64,000 nucleotides of DNA from Eledone cirrhosa (GCA_964016885.1 OZ024742.1:69936001-70000000), one strand, 5' to 3'. Shown: positions 42,863-60,281, numbered from the stretch's first letter. The notes: generated by a model not told the origin, from the letters alone. Program-made: numbers and translations.

Positions 42863-43551
42863 CATATCTCACCTGACCGTATTAAAAAAAAGGTGAAGGA
42901 AGTCGTCCTAGACACACGATGCCTGAATAAAAGACGGGATAATTATGACTTGAACGTCTATAATCATTGATCTACTCGATCAAGGCTGACCTGAGGCAAA
43001 ATAACAACGCTGCACACTAAACAACACCACATCACACCACATCATCTATTCATTTGATTGTCATTTTTATATTCCATTAAAATGACAAACTACATAAACA
43101 TCATTTAGACAATTATAGAAAGATAGAAAAGGCCACTTAAAAACTTCTAAGAGAATAAATAGAAGTTTTTTAATATCCACCGAATCATTAGTAAAAAGAT
43201 AAGAACTCTCTAACCACAAGTGAAATGTAGAAATATATCGATTAAGGAATGGAATGGACCTCCATCAGTTTTAACGATGAGTGCTCCAGTTTTTCGAACA
43301 ACAGAACAGCCATCTCAGTTAACGTATAAGTGGATGGGCATTCCTCAGATATGTGTACACTTATCGTAATTCTCAGGGAGATTCAGCTTAACAGTGTGTG
43401 ACAAGGTTGACCCTTCGTATTACAGGTACAGTTCGTCAGATGGGCTTTCAGCAGTAGCATCAAACGCAGAACCAGATAATTGTGACGCAAACTCCTTAAC
43501 CCTCCATCTCTCACCCCTCCCATTCTGTCTCTCTCTCTTTCTCTTTCTCTT

Positions 43552-43651
<100 letters not shown>

Positions 43652-43760
43652 AGGTATAAACCTGACCGCAACACCAAGCGGATTCGGCTTGTGTTCAGCA
43701 AGCCTTTCAAAAGTGTATATATATATTTATATACATGCAAGTATGTATACATGCATACAT

Positions 43761-44599
43761 GGTGGCTGCCAACTCGTTTTCGAGTACGGCCAATACTTTA
43801 TATCCATGTAGGAGAACCCCTACCGATGCGCTGAATGTGTGTGACTTTTTAGTCCAGCCAGCGACTTGAAAACTCTGGTACAAACACTACACTTGTGACA
43901 ATTATTGACACATAGTGCTGGGCCCATGGTACCATGTGACGACAAGTGCAGAGAGATCTCCAGATATAAAGTAATGCCTGTGCCGTGAAGCTTTTATAGT
44001 GAGCAAAGGCACTGCACAAAGCCAGTCCCACTCTCTTAACCAAGATGATATTTACCAAAAAGAAGAACAAGTCAACATCATTGGATACCATCAGGGTTGC
44101 AGGTGTTATATCAGAGTTTTCCTTCTCCTAGAATTCTGCCTTGACAAGGCTAAAGGGTCATCTCTCATACATACATACATACATACATACATACATACAT
44201 ACATACATACATACATACATACATACATACATACATACATACATACATGGTGGTGGCTGCCAACTCGTTTTCGAGTACGGCCACTACTTTACATCCATGT
44301 AGGAGAACCTCTACCGATGCGCTGAACGAGTGTGACTTTTTAGTCCAGCCAGCGACTTGAAAACTCTGGTACAAACACTACATATGTGACAGTTATTGAC
44401 ACATACTGTTGGGCCCATGGTACCATGTGACGACAAATGCAGAGAGATCTCCAGATATAAAGCAATGCCTGTGCCGTGAAGCTTTTATAGTGAGCAAAGG
44501 CACTGCACAAAGCCAGTCCCACTCTCTTAACCAAGATGATATTTACCAAAATGAAGAACAAGTCAACATCATTGGATACCATCAGGGTTGCAGGTGTTA
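43761..44599. repeat. Tandem duplication of a ~348-bp unit separated by (ACAT)n
   Basis: 43761-44108 and 44252-44599 are highly similar; the spacer has a reversed RTE-5'UTR-like ctaggagaaggaaaactc. Confidence 0.9.
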
Positions 44600-44768
44600 C
44601 ATACATACATGTATACATACATACACATACATACATACGTACATACATACATACAATCATACATACATATCTAAGAGAGATGTTTTGTATATATGTGTAT
44701 GCATACATGTAGGTCTGTCACTCATTCTCTCTCCCTCTCTCTCCCTCTCTCTCTCTCTCTCTCCCTCT

Positions 44769-44832
<64 letters not shown>

Positions 44833-45857
44833 GTGTGCATGTGAGTGTACGTGTGAGCATGTGGGAGTGAGTGAGTGCTTATATTTGCTTATTTATGTTC
44901 GAGTGTGGGCTTGCGTGTACATAAATACATTCCGATCATTATCCGAGTCATTAACTGGTTAACCACAAAGCAGTTGGGTCGTATATCTACGACCCATCTT
45001 CAAAGAACACCACCACAAACCCCGCAACCACCACCACATTCACCACCCACCACAACCACTAAATAGCCTTTTCTTTTCTGCTCTTGGGTAGCAAGTTCTT
45101 TCGGTGCGGGTAGCATAATTGCAAATATCACGATTGCAAAGGAACTGCTGAAACAAGACGATGATCCGCCTGACTGAACTTGTTAAGCCTGAGCAGGCAA
45201 GCGTGACCTATTTAGGGGATTGTCTGCATAATACTGACTGCCCCGCCATCAACACTTATGTGACTATGCAAAACAACGGATTCAGTCTGAGAGTGAGGGA
45301 GGGTCATTGCAGAACACACACACTCTCTTTCCCTCTCTCTCTCTCTCTATATATATATATATGTGTGTGTGTGTGTTATCTACCTATATATCTATTATCT
45401 ATTTATTTCACAACCACAATACCACCACAACCACCCCTACGCCACAAACACCACCAGCATCAACAATATCCATTGTTAAACACGCGTCACCTGCTCCATA
45501 TCAGTCCCATAGAAAGAGAAGAGGAAGGGGAGGAATTAAAAGGGGGGGGGATGTGGGTAGGAGGCGTTCATTGTGAGGTGCCGTAATCAGGTGTTAACTA
45601 CCACGGATCATTGCCATGTTTCAGAGATTAAAGCACCACTAGTGACTCTCGATCTCCGATTAACTTCACTGATCGCTGATTAACGTTAGCAGCCATTTTG
45701 ACTATCCACACGTGCAACACTGGTCCCCCGCACTAACCCTTCTCCTCACCTTATTGTCAGGCATGTTCGATTAACAGGGTGGAACGGGTTTTATGAATGC
45801 TGATTATATAATCGTTCATATTGTGTGTCTTTGTGTGTATATATATATATATATATT

Positions 45858-46000
<143 letters not shown>

Positions 46001-46091
46001 ATATATATATATATATTTGTATATATATATATGATTTAAAACTGCACTATATATTTGTATATATATATATTTGTATATATATATATATATA

Positions 46092-46123
<32 letters not shown>

Positions 46124-46286
46124 ACGGAAGAAATGTGGTAAGGAACCAGGTGGACCATAACGCACCAAAGTACTCAATACTTAGGGTAGTAGTAGCCGTC
46201 CAGAAATAGCCGTCGAAACGGCTTGAGCTCAGCCGTCGGGGTCCTACTCGTTCCTATATAAATATATAGATAGATAGATAGATATT

Positions 46287-46398
<112 letters not shown>

Positions 46399-46434
46399 CA
46401 AATATCTATCTATCTATATATATATTTATATAGA

Positions 46435-47412
<978 letters not shown>

Positions 47413-47426
47413 CAAATATCTATCTA

Positions 47427-47462
<36 letters not shown>

Positions 47463-47510
47463 AATATATATATATATATATTTGTATATATATATATATA
47501 TATATATTTG

Positions 47511-47548
<38 letters not shown>

Positions 47549-47586
47549 TGTATATATATATGTTTATTTGTATATATATATATATG

Positions 47587-47617
<31 letters not shown>

Positions 47618-47677
47618 TTGTATATATATATACATACATATATATATACATACATATTATATATATATATGTATATT

Positions 47678-47710
<33 letters not shown>

Positions 47711-47730
47711 CTTATATATATATGTATATT

Positions 47731-47780
<50 letters not shown>

Positions 47781-48189
47781 ACTTTGATAACTTTGATTGG
47801 TTTCGGCCAGTATTGGCCCAGGCCATGTCTAACTTAATAGCACCACCTGGCGAAGTCTTACAAATCAGTGTTTGGGCACCATGGCCCACTCGAGTAGAGA
47901 GTTATTGTTTACGGAGGCATATCCGGGTGTAGGAGGCTTATCTGGGATTTCTTGAAGGAATTTATGCAAATATATATATATTTATTTGTTTATATAAATG
48001 GAAACTATATTTATAAAACCATATTTATTCTGTTATATATATTTCAAGGGTATAAATTTTGGTACGCTATCATCAGATAAAATACGAAGTGTGTTTTATA
48101 AATTTTGACATAACCAAGGAGAATATACCTTAACGGTTCAAGTTATCCCTGGATAGTGGATATATATATATATATGTGTGTGGTGTATT

Positions 48190-48253
<64 letters not shown>

Positions 48254-48349
48254 AAAAAGTACTTTTTCCTATTTCCCACTTTACTACCTTAAGTAATGAG
48301 TACTCTGGTGCGTTATAGTCCATTTGGTTCCTTACCACAATTCCTTTGT

Positions 48350-48395
<46 letters not shown>

Positions 48396-50369
48396 CACAT
48401 GTCTGTGTTTATATATATATATATATATACATGTGCGCACACACACACATGTACATATATATACATTCATACACAAATATACACATACATACATACATAC
48501 ATACATACATACATACATACATACATACATACATACATACATACATACATACATACATACAAAAGTTAAATTTTGTAAACGAAAGTGGAAAATAGTACTC
48601 AATACATAATGCCAAGTTAATTCATTATTTAAAGTATTTCGATGTCTGAAGGTCTATAAACATGTGTTTCGTATGTGTCAATGAGTGTGTAAGTATGTGT
48701 GTTTGTGTGTTGAATGTGACGCACCGCCATACCTGATTACAGAATTGAGAGACAATTCTGCTAACCAATTTAATGTTCAATCGTTCATCTTCTTGAAATA
48801 GTATTGAGGATTTAACTTGAGGAGATGACTGTAGAGGTGTAGTGTAGATTTCGCCGACAATTGAAGGCATTTTCAGTGTTACAGTGTATGGTTTATTAGT
48901 CTATGTGTAATTATTAAAAAGCATCTATCTAATTTTAAGATATCAGCATAGCTACCTACATAATTATCTATCTATCTATTTATTTACCTGTTTATCACTT
49001 TATCTATCTATTTATTTGCCTCTTTATCAGTTTGTCTATCTATCTCTCTAGATACGGAAACTACGTTTAGTATAAGTAGGAAGAAAGAGAGAGTGAAATT
49101 GAAAAGGAAGCTTGTTAAAATCGTTTAAATAAGAAAACGAATATTATCTCTTGTCAAATCAGGATAAGACACGCGTATGCATGTGGTCGTGTGGTAAAAG
49201 CGAAAGTGTTCAAAAACTATTTAGATTCAGCTTAATTCGATATAAATATTAAGCTTCATTCATAAATCTGCACAACACGGTGCCATTCACTAATGTATCT
49301 GATTTCAATATCATCCTTTCTAAGTTTTCATTTATTTCTTAATCGTTTGCTTTTGTTAGTTTAGTAATTTTATATCCTACTTTCTTTATCTCACCTCTAC
49401 ATTTTATATTTTAGTTGTGCTTTATTTATTTTACGTGTAGTCACCACTTTATATTTTCATTCAGATGTTTTATCCAGTTACTTATTTTCATTCGGTTATA
49501 TTTTCCTTTTTTTTTTTCTTTTTTTTTTTTTGCTGTTTCATTTTTTATTCTTTTTCTTTTCTTTTCAGTACGAGCGACGGCTTTCTGTCCATCATGTCGT
49601 CATTGTTCAGCAGACGACTTCGAAAAATGAAACTTTTCATGGTCGCCCGTCACACAGATAACACGACGGCTGTCTTGTTGGTTCTTTACCGAGCCTTGAT
49701 TTTCATATATTTATTTGTCGTTCTATATTATTTTCATCACTTCAAATGCGCTGTGCAGTCACTAACAAAAACAACAACAAAAGCAACAACGGGAACGATA
49801 AGAACAGTGACTATGATAAAATAAATAATAACACTTCTGCTTTCCTTTATCACATGGGTAACAAAGCCCCAAACATTAAAATACAATGCAAATCAATACA
49901 ATAACATGGAAATAAATAAATACTGCCATAACTATATATATATGTGTGTGTGTCTATACATATATATATAGAGAGAGAGGGGGGATATAATGAAGGAGAG
50001 AAAAAGAAAGAAAGAGACATGAACAGACAGTCGGGAAGAGAGACTGGTAAATAGACAACATATATACTTATAGTATAGTGTGATTAAGAAGAAGACGGTT
50101 CAGGGTAGTAAATTGTATGGTTAGTGAAATCAATCCAATATATTACTGGGAACCTCTATATGGTTGTTCGATCTACTGGAAATAGCAAATGACACACAAC
50201 TAAAAGAAAGAGAGGAGTATCAGGGCTAGAACCCTTTTGACGATAGGTCTGCAACGATAATAACTGGTACATATCAGAAGGATGAGAAAAAAAACGGACC
50301 TGAGTAGGATTTGAACACAGAACGTAATGTGAGATAAATAAATTCTTGCATTTCGCACCGGAATTAATA

Positions 50370-50625
50370 ATAATTCTTTCTACTTTTTGCACAAGGCCAG
50401 CAATTACTGGTACTTTATTTTATCGACCCCGTAAGGATGAAAGGCAAAGTTAACCTCGAGGGGATTTTAACTTCTTATATAGGCACAAGGCCAGCAATTT
50501 TGGGGGAGCGAAAAGTCGATTAAATCGACCTCAGTGCGTGATTGGTACTTTATTATATCGACCCCGGGAGGATAAAAGGCAAAGTTAACCTCGGCAGGAT
50601 TTGAACTCAGATCATAAAGAGACGT
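50370..50625 (-). mobile_element. Two adjacent truncated SINE copies
   Basis: Two family cores on the reverse strand. Confidence 0.8.
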
Positions 50626-51367
50626 TAGTAAATGCAGCTGGGAATGTTGATATAATTGCTATTAGAGTAATATTGTTACTATTAGGAACAGTTCGGTGAA
50701 CTGAAGACGGTAAACTTCGATGCCTACCTCGAAATTTTTTTGCAGCTTTCGACCAGTTACCTACAGTGCTACGGAAACCAATTTCAGCAAATATGCGAGA
50801 AGGAAATCACAGATAACATCTTCAGTCATGTGAGCCATGGGGTGACAACGCTGCTGAGAAAGACCTGAGCAAGAGAAACGTAATACACAATTTCGCTGCT
50901 CTTAAATTTTCTATGTAGTAGATTGAAGGTGTTCGCCAAGAGGGTGGTGTTTGGTAATGTACTTAGAGGTGGGTAATCTTGTGAAATACCCAATACATAT
51001 GTATATACCCATGACAACCATCACGTGATGGGTTAAGAATAAATGTTGCTTCGTAAGAGCGCTGATAATTTGAATAAATTTGAATTCGCCTAATGTTTAA
51101 GTCACAGTCGACCTTCCTTATGTAGTGGCTGTCCTCAAACGATGTTAATTTCTTGGTATTCTGGAATTCGAGAAGGTTGGCATTATCCTGTTAGAATATT
51201 AGGATGTCATAAGAACAAAGATCAAATTGGTGGACTTCGGATTCACTTCTCGAAGAAGCATCAACGTGCCGGCTAGTTGTAATATCTCTCGAGGTACTCT
51301 GGTGTCTAGAGGTTGGGTGACAGTTACTCACACAAACACATATATAACAACTATATTCATCTATCTA

Positions 51368-51458
<91 letters not shown>

Positions 51459-51636
51459 GTATATATGTGTGCGTGTGTAAGTCTGGAATTTGCTGTCGAA
51501 ACAGCAAGAGATCAGTCGTCGGACCCAGACTCTCTACTATATTGCACTCTACTAACCCAAGTATCAAGTAATCTGCTGAGTTTAACCTAGTATAATCCTG
51601 ATCTCTCTCTCTCTCCCTCCCCCTCCTCTCTCCGTA

Positions 51637-51711
<75 letters not shown>

Positions 51712-51723
51712 ATATGTATATAT

Positions 51724-52265
51724 AGTTTACGGAGATGAGACGATGTCACGCTCATGAGATTTTGAGTGGTACAAAAGGTTCAAATAAGAACGCGAGGGTG
51801 TGGAAGGCCTTCAGCGTGCAGGACTAAGGCCAACGTTGAGCGTGAGAGGAAGATGACTCATAACAATCGTCGGCTGATTGTTCGACTGACCACAACTGAA
51901 CTGGGTATAAACCGCGACAACGTTTGGAAGATTATCATCGACGATTTGGGTATGTGGAAGATCTGTGCGAAGATGGGCCGAAGCTACTGAATGGTGACCA
52001 GAAAGAGCAGCGCATGCATGTGTGTCAGGACATCCCCGGGCGTCTTGAAACCGAACCATACTTGCTGGGGAGAGTCATCACCGGTAATAAGTCATAGATC
52101 TTTGTTTTCCGGACGTGGAAGCCACAAGGAAGGCCGTGACGACGGAGGTGCGGAGAATCTCGGGAGAATTCTTTCATGAGTGCAGGGAGGTGTGGCAGAG
52201 AAGGATGGGAAAGTGCGTTAGACTCGAGGGGGATTATTTCGAAGGGGATTTGAAATATATATATG

Positions 52266-52351
<86 letters not shown>

Positions 52352-52383
52352 GCAACCCCAGTCATATTTCTGTAACACCTCAT
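51724..52383 (+). mobile_element. Second mariner relic (5'-truncated)
   Basis: [39 protein letters not shown]; right TIR ..gtaacacctcata; homologous to 11530-12400. Confidence 0.8.
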
Positions 52384-52446
52384 ATAAACGTATATCCATA
52401 CAGGTACACACACATACACATATATATGCATACATACAAATATATA

Positions 52447-52506
<60 letters not shown>

Positions 52507-52968
52507 TGTGATTATACCACTGCATTATTATGTCTGGGTATTCTGTGATGGCCCTGCATGCATACGCTTGTGTGCGCGTGTCTATATTTGTATATTTGTG
52601 TGTATGCGAGTGTGTGAGTGTTTGTGTGTGTTTGTTTTACACGTGCATCGCAGCTTGACACATTTTCACATATTGTTTAGTGTAAGTCAAGGTGTTTTAC
52701 TTAGGGGCGCTTTCATGATTGTTATCGCTGTTGTTGCTATTTTTCTTATTATGATTATTACATAATGTTCGCCTTCATCTATGTGTATTTAGAAAATATA
52801 TTTACCTCTGTATGTGTGTGTACGTCTGTGTGTGTGTGTGTGTGTGTGTGTGTCTGTGTGTACGTGTTTGCATACTCCTAAGCATGTCTCTTTATATACG
52901 CAGATATGTGTGCACTCACGCGCCCATATATATATATATATATATGGCTGTGTGAGTGCGCACATATC

Positions 52969-53034
<66 letters not shown>

Positions 53035-53860
53035 TGTATATATATATATATATATATATATACATGCATATATACATACATATATGTACATATATATATA
53101 TATACATGTGTGTGCGTGTGTGTGTGTGTGTGTATGTGTATGTATGTATGTATATAGTGCACATGTAATTATTAGATATGTGCGCATATATATATATAAA
53201 TGCATCAATATATACACACAAATATATGTAAATTCATGTGTGTGTATGAGCGATTACGTGTTTGTGTGTCTGAGTGTGTGTAACTGTCTGTTCATGTGAG
53301 AATATGTTTGTGTTTGCTCGTGTGTGCGCACGTGCGTATGCAAGCATATATATCTTAGTGTGCGAGTGTGTGTGGATGCAAGTGTATATGTACGTGTAAG
53401 TTCGTGATTATGCGTATATGTACGTGTGTGTTTGTACATGTGTGCATATGTATGTATGCGTGTGCAAATGGGCGTGTGTCTATCAACTGCACACTCCCCC
53501 GAAAAAATCACTGTAGGCAGCCAGCTACTGTAATAGACGGTAAAACAATAAACAAAATGGCTACCGATCAAAACACTTTCGCAACACGTGATCACATCTA
53601 ACTGTAATTGTTAACATTTCTTCACGTGTGTCGCACACACCAGACAGACAGCTAACTTGCGGTTTCGATTTCAGCTGGGGGATATACCAAAACATTCATT
53701 TTTTTTAAATATTTAATTATGTTAGTGTATATGTGTGTTTATACATGTGTGTGCATGAGCATGTTGATGTGTGGTTTGTTTGAGAGAGAGAGAGAGAGAC
53801 AGAGTTTGAGTACGTGCGTTTCTAGTTGTGGTGTGTATGTTATTATCAATATATATAACA

Positions 53861-53918
<58 letters not shown>

Positions 53919-54009
53919 CATATATATATATACATATATACATATATATATATACATATATATATATACATATATACATATATATATATACATATATACA
54001 TATATATAT

Positions 54010-54056
<47 letters not shown>

Positions 54057-54057
54057 G

Positions 54058-54092
<35 letters not shown>

Positions 54093-54113
54093 GATACATA
54101 TATATATATATAT

Positions 54114-54206
<93 letters not shown>

Positions 54207-54213
54207 TATATAC

Positions 54214-54293
<80 letters not shown>

Positions 54294-54459
54294 ATCTATT
54301 AATATGTGAACGGTATCCCAATAGGTGTGTATATGATTAGTATATATATGAATGAATTTGGTTGTGTATATACATGTATGTGTATGTATATCTATGTAAG
54401 TATATGTATAAGTGAATGAATGACTAAATAGATACACACACACATACACACACATACAA

Positions 54460-54538
<79 letters not shown>

Positions 54539-54807
54539 TGTTTCTTTTATTTGCCACCAGGGCATCAATAGTGGGACAAGTACAATGGAGGGAGTTTACA
54601 AAACAAGGCGTCCTCAATAAGGAGGAGGCAATAACAATATATAAAAATAAAATAAAATATAACAAAAAATAAAATTTATAACAAAGTCCTCAATAGAGAG
54701 GAGAGATAGTTAGATAGATAGATTTCTTTATTAGCCACAAGGGCGCAACAAGAAAAGGGGACAATACAAAGACATGCCGGGGATTAGATAGATAGATAGA
54801 TAGATAG

Positions 54808-54849
<42 letters not shown>

Positions 54850-55007
54850 CTTTGATAATTGTTTCGTGTTTTAAAAATTCAATGTATGCATTTTTCACCT
54901 GATATAACTGTGTGTTTGCGTGTGCTAATGAGTGTGTGTGTGTGTGTATGCTCGAACGCGTGCGTATTTGTGTCAGTGTGTGATATATGCATTATTTTTT
55001 TTTTTAA

Positions 55008-55188
55008 GGGCGGTGGATTTGTAGTATCGGTGGAGGGTCGGACTCTATGCTTTGACGTATAGAGTTACGGCCCTTGCCATTCTGAGTTCAAATCCCGCCG
55101 AGGTTAACTTTGCCTTTCATCCTTACGGAGTCGATAAAATAAAGTACCAGTAATACCGGTATTTGCCGGCCTTGTGCCTAACGTAGAT
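55008..55188 (+). mobile_element. tRNA-derived SINE
   Basis: A and B boxes plus the family core. Confidence 0.85.
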
Positions 55189-55244
55189 AGAATTTTTTTT
55201 TTTTTTTTTTGCATGAGCATTGCATAAATATACATATATATATA

Positions 55245-55288
<44 letters not shown>

Positions 55289-55457
55289 AATATACATATA
55301 TAATTATACATATATATATAGAGATATATTTAGCTATATGCATATAACATTTTATATATATATATATATTTGTGTGTGTGTATGATTATATATATATTCA
55401 TATACATACACACACATCCATATATATATATATGTGTGTGTGTGTGTATGTGTGTGT

Positions 55458-55488
<31 letters not shown>

Positions 55489-56157
55489 GTTAAGTTAAGG
55501 CGTGACTGTCTGTGTATGTGCCTCTGTTTGTGGGTACATGTGTATGTGTGTGTGTGTGGAAGATGAATATAACAGCAACAGTAAATAGCAATATAATTAT
55601 CAAACAGGAAAAACGTCTGCAATAGTGAAAGAGGGCGAGACACCCAGTTAGGGTCAATGAAAAAACTCTAGAGTGCCCTTTCTCCCCTTTAATCCTTGGG
55701 TTACAGGCGCATCATGCGTATAGGCCCATCAAGGTAGGCCGTGTACGCCTCTGACAATTTACGCCCATAATATAAACAGTTATGATTTTATGATAGATTT
55801 CAATAATGTATTTACAAACACGACATAAGATGGAATAAAATTTATATGATCAACATATATATATACATATGTATATATGTGTATATTTATATATATAAGT
55901 ATATATGTGTATGAAACGTATTGACTATGAACTCAGGTTTCGCTTATAGCGGTATATTCGAATATACCGCAACAGGTGAAACTTTATTACCCAGACAACC
56001 AAATATGTATTACAAGTTTGACTTTACCACGACTACTGTGTCCTTCCGCGAGCAAATGTTTGTTGTTATACATCATAATTGATATTTCGCAACCCAGCTT
56101 ACACAGACACCCATGCACCCATACACACTCACATATATACTGTATGTTATATATATA

Positions 56158-56479
56158 CAGTGTACCCCGGCATTCATCGTTCCGGTTAGTTATTCGCGGA
56201 ATTTTCCTTAGAACCTAACTAATAATTGTTCGTGGAAACCATAGCATATTCGCGGAATCGGAAATATCTTCCGCAATTTTTTTATGGCTTTTTTCGTGGC
56301 AAGATATATTTTTTCATGCTTTTTTAACGCTAAATCCTTAATAACCAGATACTGTATTTGCCGGCTTACATTTTACGATATGCTCTGACGTTTATAGCCA
56401 TTTTTATGGACCCCGTCCAATATTTGCGGTTTTTCACTCTTCATGGGTGCTCTAAGAACGCAACATACTGGGGAACAAC

Positions 56480-56481
<2 letters not shown>
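56158..56481. mobile_element. Possible Tigger/pogo-like MITE
   Basis: ta-CAGTGTACCCC at the left end and GGGGAACAACTG at the right end; repeated ttcgcgga motifs. Confidence 0.35.
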
Positions 56482-56561
<80 letters not shown>

Positions 56562-56617
56562 TATAAACAGAGAGATACATAGATAGAAATGAACAAAAAG
56601 AAAGTCGCAAGAATTAT

Positions 56618-56762
56618 TAATTGTTTCTACTTTTTGGCACAAGGCCAGCAATTATCCCAGTGTATTACTGGTACTTTATTTTATCGACCCCGTAAGGATG
56701 AAAGGCAAAGTTAACCTCGGCGGGATTTGAACTCAGTCCGTAAAGGGGCGTAACTGCAAAGC
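56618..56762 (-). mobile_element. 5'-truncated SINE with 16-bp target-site duplication
   Basis: aagtcgcaagaattat at 56602-56617 and 56763-56778. Confidence 0.88.
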
Positions 56763-56871
56763 AAGTCGCAAGAATTATAAATAACATGTCGGATTAGATC
56801 CGTCTTCGAATGGTAGAATACAGGAAAAAACAAAAAGTAAGGAGAATGCATGCACACACACATACACACTC

Positions 56872-56915
<44 letters not shown>

Positions 56916-57177
56916 TCTCTCTCTCTCTCACACGCTTTCTTTCTTACACACACACACACACACACACCTATATCTATATATATTGTTATACTTTGGGAGG
57001 GCCATGCTGCCAATAAAAACACACGCACTGATAGATCTCTTACATTGATTTGCAACATGTCCCTCCAAAGTATAACAATGTCTGTTTCAAAACATGATAT
57101 CACATCAGACAAATAGAAAAACCTATAGATATAGATATATAAGTACTCACATACACACACACACACACATACCTATA

Positions 57178-57237
<60 letters not shown>

Positions 57238-57315
57238 TATAGGAAAATGTTCAAGACCCCGACGGCAGAACTCAAGCCGTTTCGACTTCCTTTCCACACT
57301 TCCTTCGTTATATAA

Positions 57316-57441
<126 letters not shown>

Positions 57442-57491
57442 ATATGTGTGTGTGTGTGTAGATACATATATATACATACATACATATATAT

Positions 57492-57574
<83 letters not shown>

Positions 57575-57688
57575 CATATATATATACATATATATATATA
57601 CAATAATTCAAGAGTTTCTACGGTTATATAGGCGCAATGACATAAGAATATCTGAAATTAAATTTATCATTAGATCGATTCTTACCAT

Positions 57689-57738
<50 letters not shown>

Positions 57739-57905
57739 ATCAAAATTTTTTTTAACACTACAAGTGAAGTCATTCTTTTCCTTTTGTTCAAATATATATA
57801 AATATATTCATTGCCAAAGAAAAATCGAATAGCAAGTCAAAGAACTTACTTAAATATGCTAAAATTCTTTGGTTAACCTATACTTATGTCAGAGAATATG
57901 ATTGA

Positions 57906-57942
<37 letters not shown>

Positions 57943-58626
57943 CCAAAATGGATTTTTAATTTGTTAATTCAACAAATATAAATGTTTATAACTGATTCAA
58001 AGTACTCGACAGGTTTTCTGGAGTATAATATTCAATGATATTAAATAAATGGAAACTATATTTATGGGTCTATAAAATATAGTTTTATATATATAGTTTC
58101 CACTTATTTAATATCATTGTATATATATATATATATACAATGATATTATATATATATATATACTGAACTGAGACCCCTCACACAGTCGCCACTAAATATT
58201 TCTGTGTTAGGAAAGCCCAGTAAAGAAATACAATATTTATATTTTCAGGGAATTCTACAAACATATAAACCTGAACGTAAAGTGAGACTGGAAATGAAAC
58301 TTTAATCGGTTAAAAATAGCAAGTAAATCTACACGTTGGATGATTTTACTCAAAGATATATAGATAAGAGATGGTCCTTGATGGAACGCCGTCGATCATA
58401 GTTCTAATCAATTAGAATTAACTAAATAAATGACAAACACAACAACGTCAATAGCATTATCGCTATATTATGTAAGATATCCGTAGATGTGCATATATTT
58501 CGTGTATGACACGCCTCTAAACGAGCTAGTTACACAACAGCCATCTTCTATCTATAATCACATCAACACTCTATGTCAAATATGCGACACACAAATCAAT
58601 AATTGTTTGTGGAATGTAGTGCTCAT

Positions 58627-58634
58627 ATGCGGGT
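58627..58634. promoter_or_regulatory. Consensus GCM binding site ATGCGGGT
   Basis: Exact match to (A/G)CCCGCAT in a non-microsatellite island upstream of gcm. Confidence 0.35.
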
Positions 58635-58894
58635 AAATAGGATATTTTCTGTGTATTTGATGTCAGTGGCCTCTGCCCGGACTACACACGTTGGCTGTGT
58701 CTTCTGTTTACAGGCTTTTATAAGAGAATAATTAAGTGTTACTCTGAGACAACGAATTTACATCTTGTATCATTGAGTGTTGGGCTTACTCGACTTTTAT
58801 GTTTGTAGAATTTCCTGACAACATCAACTTAATTTCTTTTTCTTTACTGGACCTTTTGTCAGACAGCTGGCCTTGTGCCAATAGTAGAAATAAT

Positions 58895-58930
<36 letters not shown>

Positions 58931-59259
58931 GGGGGGGGGGGGGTTATATATACACATATATATATAATTATATTGGGCAACTATGACTTCAATAATTTCC
59001 AAACGCGTGTATCTGTCTGTGTAAACACACATTTGTTGATTTCTTTTGAATGAAACAGAAGAATCATTCCGATATTAAACAATATATATATATATATATA
59101 TTAAATTTAAGTGAACAAAACTCTAATTATGGGATTGTCTAGCTTATACTCCCATAAATATAGTTTTTTCCCTCATATTTTATATGAAATATTGCTTCTC
59201 TGATTGATATTTTATCTATATATGTTATCCATTCATTGAGATGTTTGGGTATTAGAGAC

Positions 59260-59310
<51 letters not shown>

Positions 59311-59311
59311 T

Positions 59312-59388
<77 letters not shown>

Positions 59389-59492
59389 ATGTATGTATAT
59401 ATATATATATGGATATATTAGATATGTTAGACCATTGCATATAGTGAGGTAAAGATATAGATATATGGATTTATTGATGCATATATAAATAA

Positions 59493-59534
<42 letters not shown>

Positions 59535-59580
59535 GTCTACATATAACTTCTACATATATATATGTGCGTGTGTGTGTGTA

Positions 59581-59656
<76 letters not shown>

Positions 59657-59855
59657 TCTGAGCGCGCGTGATGTTTGTATGTATGTGTGTTGTTGTTTTT
59701 TACTGCAATTTTTGTTGGTTTAAACGGCGTTCAGCACTCAATGTGAAGTTGAATCCAAGGCGGAAGCAGTGTCGACTCAAGGAACGATTACTCGTTTCTT
59801 GGATATGGAGCAAAGAGTGGTGACAGGTATGCCATCACTCAACACCATACGTACA

Positions 59856-59887
<32 letters not shown>

Positions 59888-60235
59888 CACACGCACACAC
59901 ACTCACGTACACCTACACACATACACAAACACCACCTTCAGCCTTCCCCGCTTCGACCCCCCGCCTCTCTCTCCCAACTCCACCCTTACACGCCTCACAC
60001 CCTTCCACCACTTGTTCATCTTATTGTTTATTCTTATGTTTATTTTTACGTTTATTTTTATTTTTATTTGTTCTCCTTCCCCCCTTTTTTCTAAATGTAT
60101 TTCCACACACCCTCCGAAATCTCTTCCTCCTGAAGAAGGGCTTATGCCCGAAACGTACCACCCCCCACTCTCAAGAGCGTGAACCTAATAAACCTTTATT
60201 TGTCTGCCTCTCTGTTTTGTTCCCGTCTAAATTTG

Positions 60236-60281
<46 letters not shown>

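Noticed and set aside
49540-49800. Plus-strand acceptor-like tract followed by an ORF (antisense exon)
   Set aside because: No partner exons or protein similarity visible; T-rich tracts are common here
60130-60160. CTGAAGAAGGGCTTATGCCCGAAACGTA hammerhead core
   Set aside because: Stem II is good but there is no stem I partner; at best a decayed remnant, not counted as intact
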